This document shows positions 26,182 through 36,165 of a stretch of 64,000 nucleotides of DNA, one piece after another. How positions within the stretch are numbered: the first letter of the stretch is position 1; every line of letters starts with the position of its first letter. Source of the stretch: Planctomycetota bacterium (GTDB taxonomy: Bacteria > Planctomycetota > B15-G4); NCBI GenBank assembly GCA_029259725.1, contig JAJDER010000045.1, positions 15,799-79,798 on the forward strand, given 5' to 3'. A program made the position numbers and the translations under genes. The notes beneath the pieces are model-generated. The model did not search any database. It was not told where the DNA came from and saw only the letters and a list, made by a program, of their open reading frames with translations.

Positions 26182-28773
26182 GTGGTCATGAGGCTCACGC
26201 TCGTCGCCGAGGCGTCCGCCACGGCTCGCGTCCTGCTCGCCGGCGCGTTGCTGGCGTCCGCGGCGTTCGGTGTGCAGACGGCGGCCACCGAACTGCCGCG
26301 CTTCGCCGGGCCCAAGGTGCGGGTCGGCAGCGAGCCTCGTCGGCTGCTGGTGGCGGACCTCGACGGGGACGGCCTCGACGACGTGCTCGCGACCGGCCGA
26401 GCGGACACCGGCCTGCTGTCGGTGCGCCGCGCCCTGGGCGAGGGGCTGCTCGACGACACACTCGATGTCACGCTCAACGGCATCCCCTGGGGCGTAGGCG
26501 TCGGCGACCTCGACCTCGATGGTGCACTCGACGCGGTCGTCACGCTCTCGTCCGAGGATGGCTTCGCGGTGCTCTACGGCGACGGCGCGGGCGGGTTCGA
26601 CACGGCGGTGTTCGTGCCGTCGTTGGACGAGCCGCGCGAGATCGTGCTCGCGGACGTCGACGCCGACGGCGCGCTGGACGCGGTGGTCTGCGGCGCCGTC
26701 GACGACCTGGTGGCCGTGCACCCGGGCACCGGCGCGGCGCCGATCCTCTCCGTCGCGCCCGCGGCGGAGCCGCTCGCCGTGGCCGACTTCGACGGCGACG
26801 GTGACCTCGACGCTGCCGTCGGTCGGGTGCTCACCGACACGGTCATGATCCTCGAGGGCGACGGCACCGGCGGCTTCGTGCCCGTGCAGTCGCTGGCGAT
26901 CACCGGTCAGCCGGGGCGCATCGTGGCGCGTGACCTGGATGGCGACGGCGACCTCGACCTGGCGGCCAGCGGACGTGCCGCGAACATCTTCATCGCGGGC
27001 GAGCCGGCCAACACCTTCACCAATCTGGGCGCGGGCACCTTCGGAGCGGCCACGCCCTGGGCCAACCTCTCGGACCTGTGCGGCATCGGCCTGGTCGCCG
27101 ATCAGCTCGACGGCGACGGGATCCCCGACCTCGCCTACGCCGACTGGCTCGAGTGCGGCCTGGCCTTCTCGAACGGACCGATCCAGGTGCTGCCAGGCCT
27201 GGGCGGTCTCACCTACCGCGAGGGCGATCGCTGGAACACCGGGGTGCGCGCGATGGACCTCGCGGCGGGGGACATCGACGGCGACGGCGCGCGCGATCTG
27301 GTCTCGCTCAGCCTCTACGGGCCCTATGGCTTCGTCGGGCCGTTCGCGGGCGGCGGGCCGTCCGACCTCTCGGTGTTCCTGGGGAACGGCGACGCGACCT
27401 TCCACCACACCACCCTCGTGCCGCAGGCGGGGTTCGGGCTGACGTTCCAGCGCGGGCACCTGCTGGACGTGGACGACGACGGGCGAGAGGACTTCGTCGG
27501 CATCGCCTCGGACGCGCTCGGGCTGGCCCTCGGGCAAGGCGACGCCACCATGAACGCGGTGGTCATGTGGCCCTCCAGCTTCTCCCTGGTCGACCTGGCC
27601 CTGGGTGATCTGGACGCGGACGGCGACGAGGATGTCGTCGTGGGTCATGACGACGGCAAGCTGATCACCTGGATGGACATCGGAGTGACGCTCGCGCCCG
27701 GGCCCGAGACACCGACGTCCGCCACGCCCCAGGCGCTGGATCTCGCCGACCTCGACGGCGATCCGTTCGCGGACGCGGTCGTGGGTGCGGCCGACGCGCT
27801 GCTCGTGCTGCCGGGACTCGGCGACGGCACCCTCGGTCCGGAGTCGGTCGTGGCGCTGGAGGGCGACCACCACGCGGCGGTGCGCGGCGCGGATCTCGAC
27901 GGCGACGGGCTCACCGACGTCGTCACGCTCGGCGGCGCGCCGGACCGGCTCAACACGCTGCTGGGTGATGGAGCGCTGGGCTTCGGCCCGCCGTCGTGGA
28001 CGGACTCGGCCACGCCGCTCCCGGTCGGGGTCGAGCTCGGTGACCTCGACGGCGACGGGGTGCTCGACGCCGTCACCGTCGGGGCGATCGACGTGCGCAC
28101 CTGGATCGGCGACGGGACGGGAGGCTTCGCGGCCGCCGGCAGCGCCACGGCGGCCGTCGCGCGTGGGGTCGACCTCGCGGACGTGGACGTCGACGGGCAC
28201 CTCGACGTCCTGGTCGGCAACGACGACTCGGGCGACGTGGCCGTCTACCGGGGGCAGGGCGACGGCGCGCTGGAGCACCCCGTCTTCCTTCCCGTGGCCG
28301 GCGTGGTGCTCGTGGTGCGCGGCAGCCAGCTCGACGCCGACCGCCCGCTGGAGATCCTGGCGACGACGCTGGGTCGCCTCCATCTGCTCGAGGAACGTGT
28401 CACGCCGTGGCGCGACCTGGGAGTTCCGCTGCCGGGCTCGAACGGCGCGCCGCGGCTTCTGGGGGATGGTTTCCCGGCCGCGGGCGAGACCGTCACCCTG
28501 CAGCTCTCGTCGGCGCGGGCGGCCACGGCCGCCACGTTGGTGGTCGGGTTCGTGGAGCTGGGCGTGCCCCTCAAGGGCGGCCTGCTCTGGCCCAGCCCCG
28601 ACCTGCTCACGGGCGGACTCGTGACCGGCGTGGAGGGGACGGCCGACCTCACCGCGTCCTGGCCGGCCGGCATCCCGCCCGGCACGTCGATCGTGCTCCA
28701 GGCCTGGCTTCCGGATGCCGCCGGGCCGGCGGGGTTCGCGGCGAGCAACGGCGTCGAGGTCGTCGTGCCCTAG
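26182..28773 (+). CDS. FG-GAP/VCBS-repeat (integrin-alpha-like beta-propeller) secreted protein.
   Basis: Calcium-binding-like DxDGDG motifs repeat throughout (VADLDGDGLDDVL, DVDADGALDAVV, DFDGDGDLDAAV, DLDGDGDLDLAA...). A signal peptide is present. Confidence 0.65.
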   Translation: MVMRLTLVAEASATARVLLAGALLASAAFGVQTAATELPRFAGPKVRVGSEPRRLLVADLDGDGLDDVLATGRADTGLLSVRRALGEGLLDDTLDVTLNGIPWGVGVGDLDLDGALDAVVTLSSEDGFAVLYGDGAGGFDTAVFVPSLDEPREIVLADVDADGALDAVVCGAVDDLVAVHPGTGAAPILSVAPAAEPLAVADFDGDGDLDAAVGRVLTDTVMILEGDGTGGFVPVQSLAITGQPGRIVARDLDGDGDLDLAASGRAANIFIAGEPANTFTNLGAGTFGAATPWANLSDLCGIGLVADQLDGDGIPDLAYADWLECGLAFSNGPIQVLPGLGGLTYREGDRWNTGVRAMDLAAGDIDGDGARDLVSLSLYGPYGFVGPFAGGGPSDLSVFLGNGDATFHHTTLVPQAGFGLTFQRGHLLDVDDDGREDFVGIASDALGLALGQGDATMNAVVMWPSSFSLVDLALGDLDADGDEDVVVGHDDGKLITWMDIGVTLAPGPETPTSATPQALDLADLDGDPFADAVVGAADALLVLPGLGDGTLGPESVVALEGDHHAAVRGADLDGDGLTDVVTLGGAPDRLNTLLGDGALGFGPPSWTDSATPLPVGVELGDLDGDGVLDAVTVGAIDVRTWIGDGTGGFAAAGSATAAVARGVDLADVDVDGHLDVLVGNDDSGDVAVYRGQGDGALEHPVFLPVAGVVLVVRGSQLDADRPLEILATTLGRLHLLEERVTPWRDLGVPLPGSNGAPRLLGDGFPAAGETVTLQLSSARAATAATLVVGFVELGVPLKGGLLWPSPDLLTGGLVTGVEGTADLTASWPAGIPPGTSIVLQAWLPDAAGPAGFAASNGVEVVVP

Positions 28774-28831
28774 CAGCCCGGGCGCAAGTCACCCGCGTCG
28801 AGGACGCCTCGCGAACGCGCGCCGGGTCTAG

Positions 28832-30748
28832 CTAGCTCGCCGCACCCGCGAGGTGCAGGTGGTACAGCTTGTGGTAGAGCCCGCGTGCGGCGAGCAGCTC
28901 GTCGTGCGTGCCCTCTTCGTGCAACCGGCCCTTGTGCATGACCAGGATGCGGTCCGCGTTGACGACGGTGGACAGCCGGTGCGCGATGACCAGGCTGGTG
29001 CGCCCCTTCATCAGCGTGGCGGTGGCGCTCTCGATCAGCGCCTCGGTCTCGCTGTCCACCGAGGAGGTGGCCTCGTCGAGGATCAGCACCTCGGGGTCGG
29101 CGGCGAGTGCGCGCGCGAAGGCGAGCAGCTGGCGCTGGCCGGACGAGAGGTTGGCGCCGCGTTCGGCCAGCACCGTCTCGTAGCGTTGGGGCAGGCGGTC
29201 CACGAAGGTGTCGGCGCGCACCGCCTCGGCCATCGCGCGCACGCGCGTCTCGGGCATGTCGGCGGTGCCCATCTTGATGTTGGCGGCCACCGTGTCGCTG
29301 AACAGGAACACGTCCTGCTGCACGATGGCGATGCGCGACCGCAGGGTGCCCTGGCGGATGTTCTTGGTGTCCACGCCGTGCAGGCGGATGGTGCCGTGCT
29401 CGATCTCGTGGAACCGCAGCAGCAGGCTCGCCAGCGTCGTCTTGCCCGCGCCGGTGTGCCCCACGACGGCGACGCGTTCGCCCGTGGCGATGCGGAAGGA
29501 CACGTCCTGCAGCACTCGCGGCCCGTCGCCGTAGGCGAAGCTCACGCCCTCGAAGGCGATGGCCGTGTCCGGGTCGGGGGCGGCTTGCCCGTTCGCGGTC
29601 TGCCCCTGCGCGACAGGGCCGGCGGTCGTCGCCATCGCGGCGCCCACATCCTCGGGCTCCACGTCGAGGATGCCGAAGACCCGCTCGGCCGCGGCCATCG
29701 CCGCCTGCAGCACGTTGTAGCGTTCGGCCAGCTCGCGGATCGGCTCGAACACGTAGTCGAGGTAGATCCAGAACTGGATGAAGACGCCGGGGTGCAGCCG
29801 GTTCTGTGACACGAGCCAGCCGCCCCAGACCAGCGAACCCATCTTGACCGTGGTCGAGAGCACGTCGACGGTGGGGAAGAACAGCGAGAAGTGCCGCACC
29901 GTGACGAGGTTGTCGTCGTAGTAGCGCTGGTTGAGCTGCTCGAAGCGCGCCTGGCTGTCGGCCTCGCGGCGGAACAGGTGCACCACGTCGAGCCCGGTGA
30001 GGCGCTCCTGCAGGAACACGTTGAGCCGCGAGAGCGACTTGCGCGTGGCGCGGAAGGCCATGCGCGCCTTGAGCCGGAAGCGAAAGCTCACGAACACCAT
30101 CAGCGGCAGGATCAGGACGGCGACCGTGGCCAGCTCCGGCGCGATCCAGAAGAGCATGCCGATCACGACGAAGATGGTCAGGATGTCGTAGGCGATGGTG
30201 GCCAGGCCGGTGGTGAAGACCTCCGACAAGGCATCGACGTCGCTCGTGCTGCGCGTGACGATCCAGCCCACGTGGTTCCTGTCGAACCAGCCCACGGGCA
30301 GGCGCAGCACATGACCGAAGAGCTGGCTGCGCATGGTCAGCACGATGCGCTGCCCGGTGCGCGCCATGAGCCGCTCGCGGAAGACCTGCAGGAGCGCCGT
30401 GGCCAGGGCGACGACCAGGAAGAGGCCCGCGATGAGCTTGACCTGGTCCAACAGCGCGCCGGAGTCGAAGGCGTCGGTGCCGCGCGTGTCGATGGCCGTC
30501 TGGACCGGGCCGTCGATGGCACGCTGGATCAGTTCGGGGCCGGTCAGGCGCAGGCCCAGGCCGCTGACGAGCAGCACCACCGTGATCAGCAGTGCGCCGC
30601 GGTGCGGTCTGGCGAAGGCGATCAGCCGCCGCAGCATCTGCCGGTCCTTGCGGCTGCCGACGGCGTGCTCGACGACGTGGTCGTCCCGCTCGCGTTCGGG
30701 CTTGGGTGTGGGCCCGGCCGCCGTGCGCTCGTCGGTCGCGGTGGTCAC
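28832..30748 (-). CDS. ABC exporter half-transporter (TMD-NBD fusion), subunit 2 of a heterodimeric pair.
   Basis: The GTG start at 30748 overlaps the upstream stop as GTGA. It has six TM helices. Walker A reads GHTGAGKTT. The ABC signature reads LSSGQRQLLAFARAL. Walker B reads ILILDEATS. The H-loop is IAHRL. Confidence 0.85.
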   Translation of the reverse strand: MTTATDERTAAGPTPKPERERDDHVVEHAVGSRKDRQMLRRLIAFARPHRGALLITVVLLVSGLGLRLTGPELIQRAIDGPVQTAIDTRGTDAFDSGALLDQVKLIAGLFLVVALATALLQVFRERLMARTGQRIVLTMRSQLFGHVLRLPVGWFDRNHVGWIVTRSTSDVDALSEVFTTGLATIAYDILTIFVVIGMLFWIAPELATVAVLILPLMVFVSFRFRLKARMAFRATRKSLSRLNVFLQERLTGLDVVHLFRREADSQARFEQLNQRYYDDNLVTVRHFSLFFPTVDVLSTTVKMGSLVWGGWLVSQNRLHPGVFIQFWIYLDYVFEPIRELAERYNVLQAAMAAAERVFGILDVEPEDVGAAMATTAGPVAQGQTANGQAAPDPDTAIAFEGVSFAYGDGPRVLQDVSFRIATGERVAVVGHTGAGKTTLASLLLRFHEIEHGTIRLHGVDTKNIRQGTLRSRIAIVQQDVFLFSDTVAANIKMGTADMPETRVRAMAEAVRADTFVDRLPQRYETVLAERGANLSSGQRQLLAFARALAADPEVLILDEATSSVDSETEALIESATATLMKGRTSLVIAHRLSTVVNADRILVMHKGRLHEEGTHDELLAARGLYHKLYHLHLAGAAS

Positions 30749-32547
30749 AGGTCCTCGAGCTCCGCCTCGATGCGCTGGCGTTCCTCGATCTCGGCGTAGA
30801 GGCCGTCGTGCTCCAGCAACTCGTCGTGGCTGCCCTGCTCGACGATGCGGCCCTCGTCGAGCACCACGATCCGGTCCGCCAGCGACAGGGCGGCGACGCG
30901 GTGGCTGACGATGACGGCGGTGCGGCCGCGCAGGCGATCGCGCAACTCGGCCAGGATCGCGCGCTCGGTGACGGCGTCCACGGCCGAGAGGCAATCGTCG
31001 AGGACCAGCACCGGCGGGTCGGCGGCCAGGGTGCGCGCGATGGTCACGCGCTGGCGCTGGCCGCCCGAGAGCGTGACCCCGCGCTCGCCGAGGAGCGTGT
31101 CGTAGCCGTGCTCGAGGGCCTCGATGTCGTCGTGCACGCGAGCGGTGCGGGCGGCGCCGTGGAGGGCTTCGTCATCGAGCTGCTCGTGCGCGAAGCCGAT
31201 GTTGTCGGCGATGGACTCGCTGAACAGGAAGGCATCCTGGGGCACCACGCCGAAGGTCCGGCGCAGGCGTTCGAGCGGCAGCTCTCGCACGTCGGTGCCG
31301 TCGAGGTAGACGCTGCGCGCGGGTGGGTCGACCTGCCGACTGAGCAGCTTGATCAGCGTGGTCTTGCCACAGCCGGTGCGCCCGGTGACGCCCAGCACGG
31401 AGCCGGCGGGTACGTCGAAGGAGACCTCCGAGAGCACGTCGTGCCCGTTCCACGCGTAGGTCAGGTCGGACACGGACAAGCGGCCCGTGACCGGTCCCGG
31501 GTCGACGGCCTCGGGCAGTTCGGCCACCGAGGGCGGCACGGTGAAGATCTCCTCGAGCCGCTCGGCGCCGGACTTGGCCCGGGTGTACATGCCCAGCATC
31601 CAGCCGATGGCGATCAGCGGCCACAGCGCGCGGGTGAGCACGTCGAGGAAGACCACGAAGTCGCCCAGCTCGATCCGGCCCTCGACCAGGTGCCAGCCGC
31701 CCAGGCCCAGCACGCACAGCACGCCGAGGTCCTTGGTGGCGTGGATCGCGGCCGAGGTCGTGCCGCGGAGGGTCGCCAGGCGCAGGTTGGCGTCGAGGAA
31801 GGCCTGCCCCATCTGCTTGAACGCGTTCCCCGACACGGCCTCCTTGGCGAAGGCCTTCACGATGCGGATGCCGCTGAAGTTCTCCTGCGCGATGACGGAC
31901 AGGTCCGCCATGCGCTCCTGGGCCACCGAACTCCACTTCTGCGTCGGCCTGGCGGCGATCTTCACGATCGAGGCCAGGCCGATGAAGGGGATCAGCATCA
32001 CCGCCGCGAGTTGCGGGTCGAGCCAGAACATGACTCCGATGGCGCCGGGGACGACGACGGCCGCGTTGAGCACGTACATGACCGACGGCCCGAGCAGCAG
32101 GCGGACCGCCTCGAGATCGGAGACGGAGCGCGACATGATGTCGCCGGTGCGCACGTGCTGGATGTCGTGAGGCTGGAGCGTGAGCAGGTGCTTGAAGAAG
32201 TCGTCGCGGAAACGTCGCTCGAAGTCCCGGGACGCGCCCGTGATGTAGAAGCGCATGCCGTACTTGAAGACGCCCTTGACCAGCGTGAGCGCGAGCACGA
32301 GTGCGCACCACCAGGCGATCTGTTCGAAGCCCATGCGGGCCGCGTCGGTGTCGGTGGTGATGCCGTTGATCACCTCGCGCACGATGAGCGGGATGGCGAT
32401 GACGTCGATCAGGCCCTGCGGCACGCCGCAGGCCACGCCCTTCAGCCACTGCCGCCGCACGGACGGGAAGTACGTCAGCGCGCGCGCGAACGGGCCGTGG
32501 TCACGGAACGCGCGCAGCCGCTCGAAGGGTGACGCGCCGCCGGACAC
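30745..32547 (-). CDS. ABC exporter half-transporter (TMD-NBD fusion), subunit 1 of a heterodimeric pair.
   Basis: Walker A reads GRTGCGKTT. The ABC signature reads LSGGQRQRVTIARTL. Walker B reads VLVLDDCLSAVD. The H-loop is VSHR. The start at 32547 lies 4 nt after the stop of the radical SAM gene. Confidence 0.85.
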   Translation of the reverse strand: MSGGASPFERLRAFRDHGPFARALTYFPSVRRQWLKGVACGVPQGLIDVIAIPLIVREVINGITTDTDAARMGFEQIAWWCALVLALTLVKGVFKYGMRFYITGASRDFERRFRDDFFKHLLTLQPHDIQHVRTGDIMSRSVSDLEAVRLLLGPSVMYVLNAAVVVPGAIGVMFWLDPQLAAVMLIPFIGLASIVKIAARPTQKWSSVAQERMADLSVIAQENFSGIRIVKAFAKEAVSGNAFKQMGQAFLDANLRLATLRGTTSAAIHATKDLGVLCVLGLGGWHLVEGRIELGDFVVFLDVLTRALWPLIAIGWMLGMYTRAKSGAERLEEIFTVPPSVAELPEAVDPGPVTGRLSVSDLTYAWNGHDVLSEVSFDVPAGSVLGVTGRTGCGKTTLIKLLSRQVDPPARSVYLDGTDVRELPLERLRRTFGVVPQDAFLFSESIADNIGFAHEQLDDEALHGAARTARVHDDIEALEHGYDTLLGERGVTLSGGQRQRVTIARTLAADPPVLVLDDCLSAVDAVTERAILAELRDRLRGRTAVIVSHRVAALSLADRIVVLDEGRIVEQGSHDELLEHDGLYAEIEERQRIEAELEDL

Positions 32548-32550
32548 GGG

Positions 32551-34596
32551 TCAGCGGGCGGCCGGGCGGGGGGCGCGGACCGGCCCCGGTCCCTCGACGG
32601 TGAGCTGCTTGCCGGCCCCAGCATCGACGCCGACGACTCCGCGCGTCACGCCGTTCTCGTCGATCTCGAGGATGCCCTTCTCGGTGGCGCGCAGCAGGCC
32701 CATGTCGCGCTTGATCGCGAAGCAGAGCGAAGGCGGCACGCCGCACACGTGGCAGACCTTGCCCACGCAGTAGTCGGTCTTGATCAGCTTCCGGGCCTTC
32801 TCGCGCTCTTCCCAGAGGTAGTCGCGGTGGGGGCCGATGTCGAGGTGATCCCAGGGCAGGGCCTCGTCCTTGCCGCGTTCGCGCAGGGCGAAGGCGTCGG
32901 GGTCCAGGCCCGCCGCGTCGAAGGCGTCGGTCCAGCGCGTCAGGCCGAAGCCCTCGCTCCAGGCGTCGAAGCGCGCGCCGCGCTCCCAGGCGCCGATGAG
33001 CGCGGGGGCCAGGCGACGGTCGCCGCGCGAGAGCACGCCCTCGAGGTAGCTCTGCTCGACGTCGTGGAACTTCAGCTTCACCTTGCGGCTGCTCAGCAGT
33101 CCGCGCATCCAGCGCTGCTTCTCGACCACCAGCTTCGGGTCCATCATCCCGTCCCACTGGAACGGCACGAAGGCCTTGGGCACGAAGGTGGTCACGGTCA
33201 CGTTGACCTGGGCCGGGCCCTTGCCGGTGACCCTCTGGCGCAGCTTGGAGAGTTCCTCGGCGAACTCCACCACCGCGCGCAGGTCCTCCTCGCGCTCGCC
33301 GGGGATGCCGATCATGTAGTAGAGCTTGACCTTGGCCCACCCTTGTTCGTACGCCGCGGCCGCGCTCTTGAGCACGTCCTCGTTCTTGATGTCCTTGTTG
33401 ATCACGGCGCGCAGGCGGTCGGTGGCCACCTCGGGGGCGAAGGTCAGCCCGCCCTTGCGCACGTTGTTGATCATGCCGGGCAGGTGCGCCAGCTCGCCGG
33501 TCACGCGCAGCGAGGGCAGCGAGACCGAGATGCGCCGGGGCGTGAAGCGCTTGTCCATCTCGGTGATGAGCTCCTCGATCCAGGGGTAGTCACCCGAGGA
33601 GAGGCTGGTGAGCGTGACGTCGTCGTAGCCGGTGGTGGCGATGGCCTCCTCGGCGGCTTCCACCAGTTGCTCCACCGTGCGGTAGCGCATCGGGCGCGTG
33701 ATCATGCCCGCCTGGCAGAAACGACATCCGCGCGTGCAGCCGCGCATGATCTCGAGGCTGACCTTGTCGTGGACCGTGCGCCCGTAGGGCACCACCGGCC
33801 GCGTGGCCATGGGCACCTGGCTGAAGTCGAAGACGCTCGCGCCGGAGATGCGTGCGGGCACGTCGTCGAAGCGCGGGGTCAGGCCGCGGAAGGGCCCGTT
33901 CTTCGGGTCGGCCTCGTCGTAGGCCGGCGTGTAGAGCGAGGGCACGTAGGCCCAGGCGAAGCGGGTCGCGATCTCGCGCAGCAGCTCCTCGCGCGCCATG
34001 CCCGCACGGCGGCGCGCGGCGACCAGGCGCAGCAACGGCAGGATCGTCTCCTCGCCGTCCCCGGGCATGAAGACGTCGATGAACTCGGCCAGGACTTCGG
34101 GGCTGTGCGCGCCATGCCCGCCCGCGATCACGATCGGGTGCTCGTCGCCGCGCTCGGACGCCAGCAGCGGCAGGCCGGCCAGGTCGAGGGTCTCGAGCAC
34201 GTTGCTGTAGGTCAGCTCGGTCTGGAGCGTGATGCCCAGCACGTCGTGGCCGGACACCGGGGTGTGGGTCTCGAGCGTGAACAGCGGCACGCCGGCCTCC
34301 CGCATCGCGTCGGCCATGTCCATCCACGGCGTGAAGCAGCGCTCGGCGGCCAGGTCGGGCTCGTCGTTCACGATCCGATAGAGCACTTGCAGGCCGTTGT
34401 GCGAGCTGCCGACCTCGTAGGTGTCCGGGTAGCAGAGCGCGATGCGACCCGAGACCGAGGACGGGTCCTTGGTCACCGAGTTGACCTCGCGGCCCAGGTA
34501 CTGGATCGGGTTCTGGACCTGCTCGCAGAGCTTGCGCACGCGGGGCAGAAGGGACTCGAGGGTCGGGATTCGGGGTGCGTTCATGAAGCCGGCCAT
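32551..34596 (-). CDS. Radical SAM superfamily protein with an N-terminal B12-binding-like domain (TIGR03960-like family; function unknown).
   Basis: The cluster motif is CTRGCRFCQAG. The N-terminal Rossmann-like domain reads HPIVIAGGHGAHSPEVL. A conserved C-terminal Cys-rich tail reads DYCVGKVCHVCGVPPSLC. Confidence 0.8.
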   Translation of the reverse strand: MAGFMNAPRIPTLESLLPRVRKLCEQVQNPIQYLGREVNSVTKDPSSVSGRIALCYPDTYEVGSSHNGLQVLYRIVNDEPDLAAERCFTPWMDMADAMREAGVPLFTLETHTPVSGHDVLGITLQTELTYSNVLETLDLAGLPLLASERGDEHPIVIAGGHGAHSPEVLAEFIDVFMPGDGEETILPLLRLVAARRRAGMAREELLREIATRFAWAYVPSLYTPAYDEADPKNGPFRGLTPRFDDVPARISGASVFDFSQVPMATRPVVPYGRTVHDKVSLEIMRGCTRGCRFCQAGMITRPMRYRTVEQLVEAAEEAIATTGYDDVTLTSLSSGDYPWIEELITEMDKRFTPRRISVSLPSLRVTGELAHLPGMINNVRKGGLTFAPEVATDRLRAVINKDIKNEDVLKSAAAAYEQGWAKVKLYYMIGIPGEREEDLRAVVEFAEELSKLRQRVTGKGPAQVNVTVTTFVPKAFVPFQWDGMMDPKLVVEKQRWMRGLLSSRKVKLKFHDVEQSYLEGVLSRGDRRLAPALIGAWERGARFDAWSEGFGLTRWTDAFDAAGLDPDAFALRERGKDEALPWDHLDIGPHRDYLWEEREKARKLIKTDYCVGKVCHVCGVPPSLCFAIKRDMGLLRATEKGILEIDENGVTRGVVGVDAGAGKQLTVEGPGPVRAPRPAAR

Positions 34597-34635
34597 CCTA
34601 GCATCGGGCGTCCGCGCCCCGTGAGACGTGGGTGG

Positions 34636-35967
34636 TCAGGGTTCGTCCCGCGGCGCCTCGTCATCCGCGGACCAGCACGGCGACAGACTCGTGAACATGC
34701 GCCGGTACGGGTAGAGGCCGTCGTTCCCGAGCAGCAGCTGCCCGGCAAGGGGCGCATAGAGGGCTTCGAACTCGGCGCGGGCTGCGCCCTCGTCGTCGGG
34801 CAGGTTGTCCATGGCCGCGATCAGGTCGGCGGCCAGCAACTCCGGCGGCCGCTCGTCACCGGGGACCTCGCGCGATTCTCCGGTGGTGGCGTCCAGGGCG
34901 AAGCGGCCCTCCCAGGGCAGCAGCGCGCGCCGACCGAGGATGCCGATGACCTCGGGGCAAACGACCTCGTCCTGATCGAAGTCCAGGTTGATCGAGAACA
35001 GGTGCAGGTCGGCTCGGTGGGGCGCCACGGCCGCCGCCACGTTGGCGAACTCGGCGGCGTTGGCCGCCATGAGCAGCAACGGAGAGCCCGCGTGGTCGGC
35101 GAAGTCGGTGACGAACGCGGCACCGAGCCGGATCGCCAGGGCTCGTGCCGCCGGCTCGCTGGCGGGCGACACGGCGGCCACCGCGCCGATGCGGACCTCC
35201 AGGCGTTCCAGCAGGTGCGCGAGTCGCTGCAGCAGGAAGGCGACCATGTCGAGGGTCAGGTGCACGACGTCGAAGCGCCCTGCTCGGCTGCCGTCCTCGA
35301 TCAGGCCACCGGCCACCTTGAGGACCACGCCCGCGTGCTGGATGAAGTGCCAGGCGCGCAGATCCAGGTCCTTGATCGACTCCCAGCCCAGGGAGCGGCC
35401 GACCATGTGGTGGAAGCCGTCGAGCCGCGCGCGCTGGGTGTCGTCCGGGATCAGGAGTTCGCACTCGTCCAGCAGGGCCCGGGCGAGATCCCGCTTGCCC
35501 AGGTAGAAGGCCGCCTCGGCCTTGAGCAGCAGCACGTCCAGGACCTCCGCGTCGGCCAGCTCAGGATCGGTCTCCAGGGGGGCCAGGGCCCGCAGGCAGC
35601 CGGCGAAGTCGCGGTTGCAGAAGCGCGCGAAGGCCAGCTCACGGCGGACCGACGGGTGGTCGGGTGCGTGCGTCAGGCAGCGATCGAGCAGGGCCGCCGC
35701 CACGTCGGGTCGTCGCTGATCGACCATGCGGTAGCCCAGCGAGAACAGCGCCGTGGGGTCCTCGGGCCGGTCCGCGAGCTCCTCGAACAGGCGCCCGTCC
35801 TCGGGGGCGCCGAGCATGGTGCAGATCCGGGCGGCGGAGCGCAGGGCGACGTCGTAGGTGGGTTCCTGGGCCAGGCTGTCGAGCAGGTCGGTCAGGGCGG
35901 CGCGGACGTTGCCGCGGCGGACGTGATCGACCGACCGGTCGAAGAACTCTTGGGCGCGGTTGGACAT
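34636..35967 (-). CDS. Hypothetical protein with a TPR-like helical repeat N-terminal half.
   Basis: The start is the ATG at 35967 (MSNRAQEFFDRSVDHVRRGNVRAALTDLLDSL...). The upstream 280 codons in the ORF track are Arg/Gly-rich and likely spurious. The gene lies 39 nt upstream of the radical SAM gene on the same strand. Confidence 0.5.
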   Translation of the reverse strand: MSNRAQEFFDRSVDHVRRGNVRAALTDLLDSLAQEPTYDVALRSAARICTMLGAPEDGRLFEELADRPEDPTALFSLGYRMVDQRRPDVAAALLDRCLTHAPDHPSVRRELAFARFCNRDFAGCLRALAPLETDPELADAEVLDVLLLKAEAAFYLGKRDLARALLDECELLIPDDTQRARLDGFHHMVGRSLGWESIKDLDLRAWHFIQHAGVVLKVAGGLIEDGSRAGRFDVVHLTLDMVAFLLQRLAHLLERLEVRIGAVAAVSPASEPAARALAIRLGAAFVTDFADHAGSPLLLMAANAAEFANVAAAVAPHRADLHLFSINLDFDQDEVVCPEVIGILGRRALLPWEGRFALDATTGESREVPGDERPPELLAADLIAAMDNLPDDEGAARAEFEALYAPLAGQLLLGNDGLYPYRRMFTSLSPCWSADDEAPRDEP

Positions 35968-36165
35968 GGGGCGCGGGATTCTAGCCTGCCGAGGGCCCCG
36001 AGCGCCCGTGCCCGCCGGTCGATGGCGCCGACCCGGTGGACCCTGTCGCCGCGCGGGAGACGAGATTCCAGGGGCCCGGCCCGGTACCCTCTGGGGAAGG
36101 CGCGGGAGGGCATCCAGGCCACTCCCGTGTCCACACCGATGGCGTGAGCACCCGGGGGAGGACCC

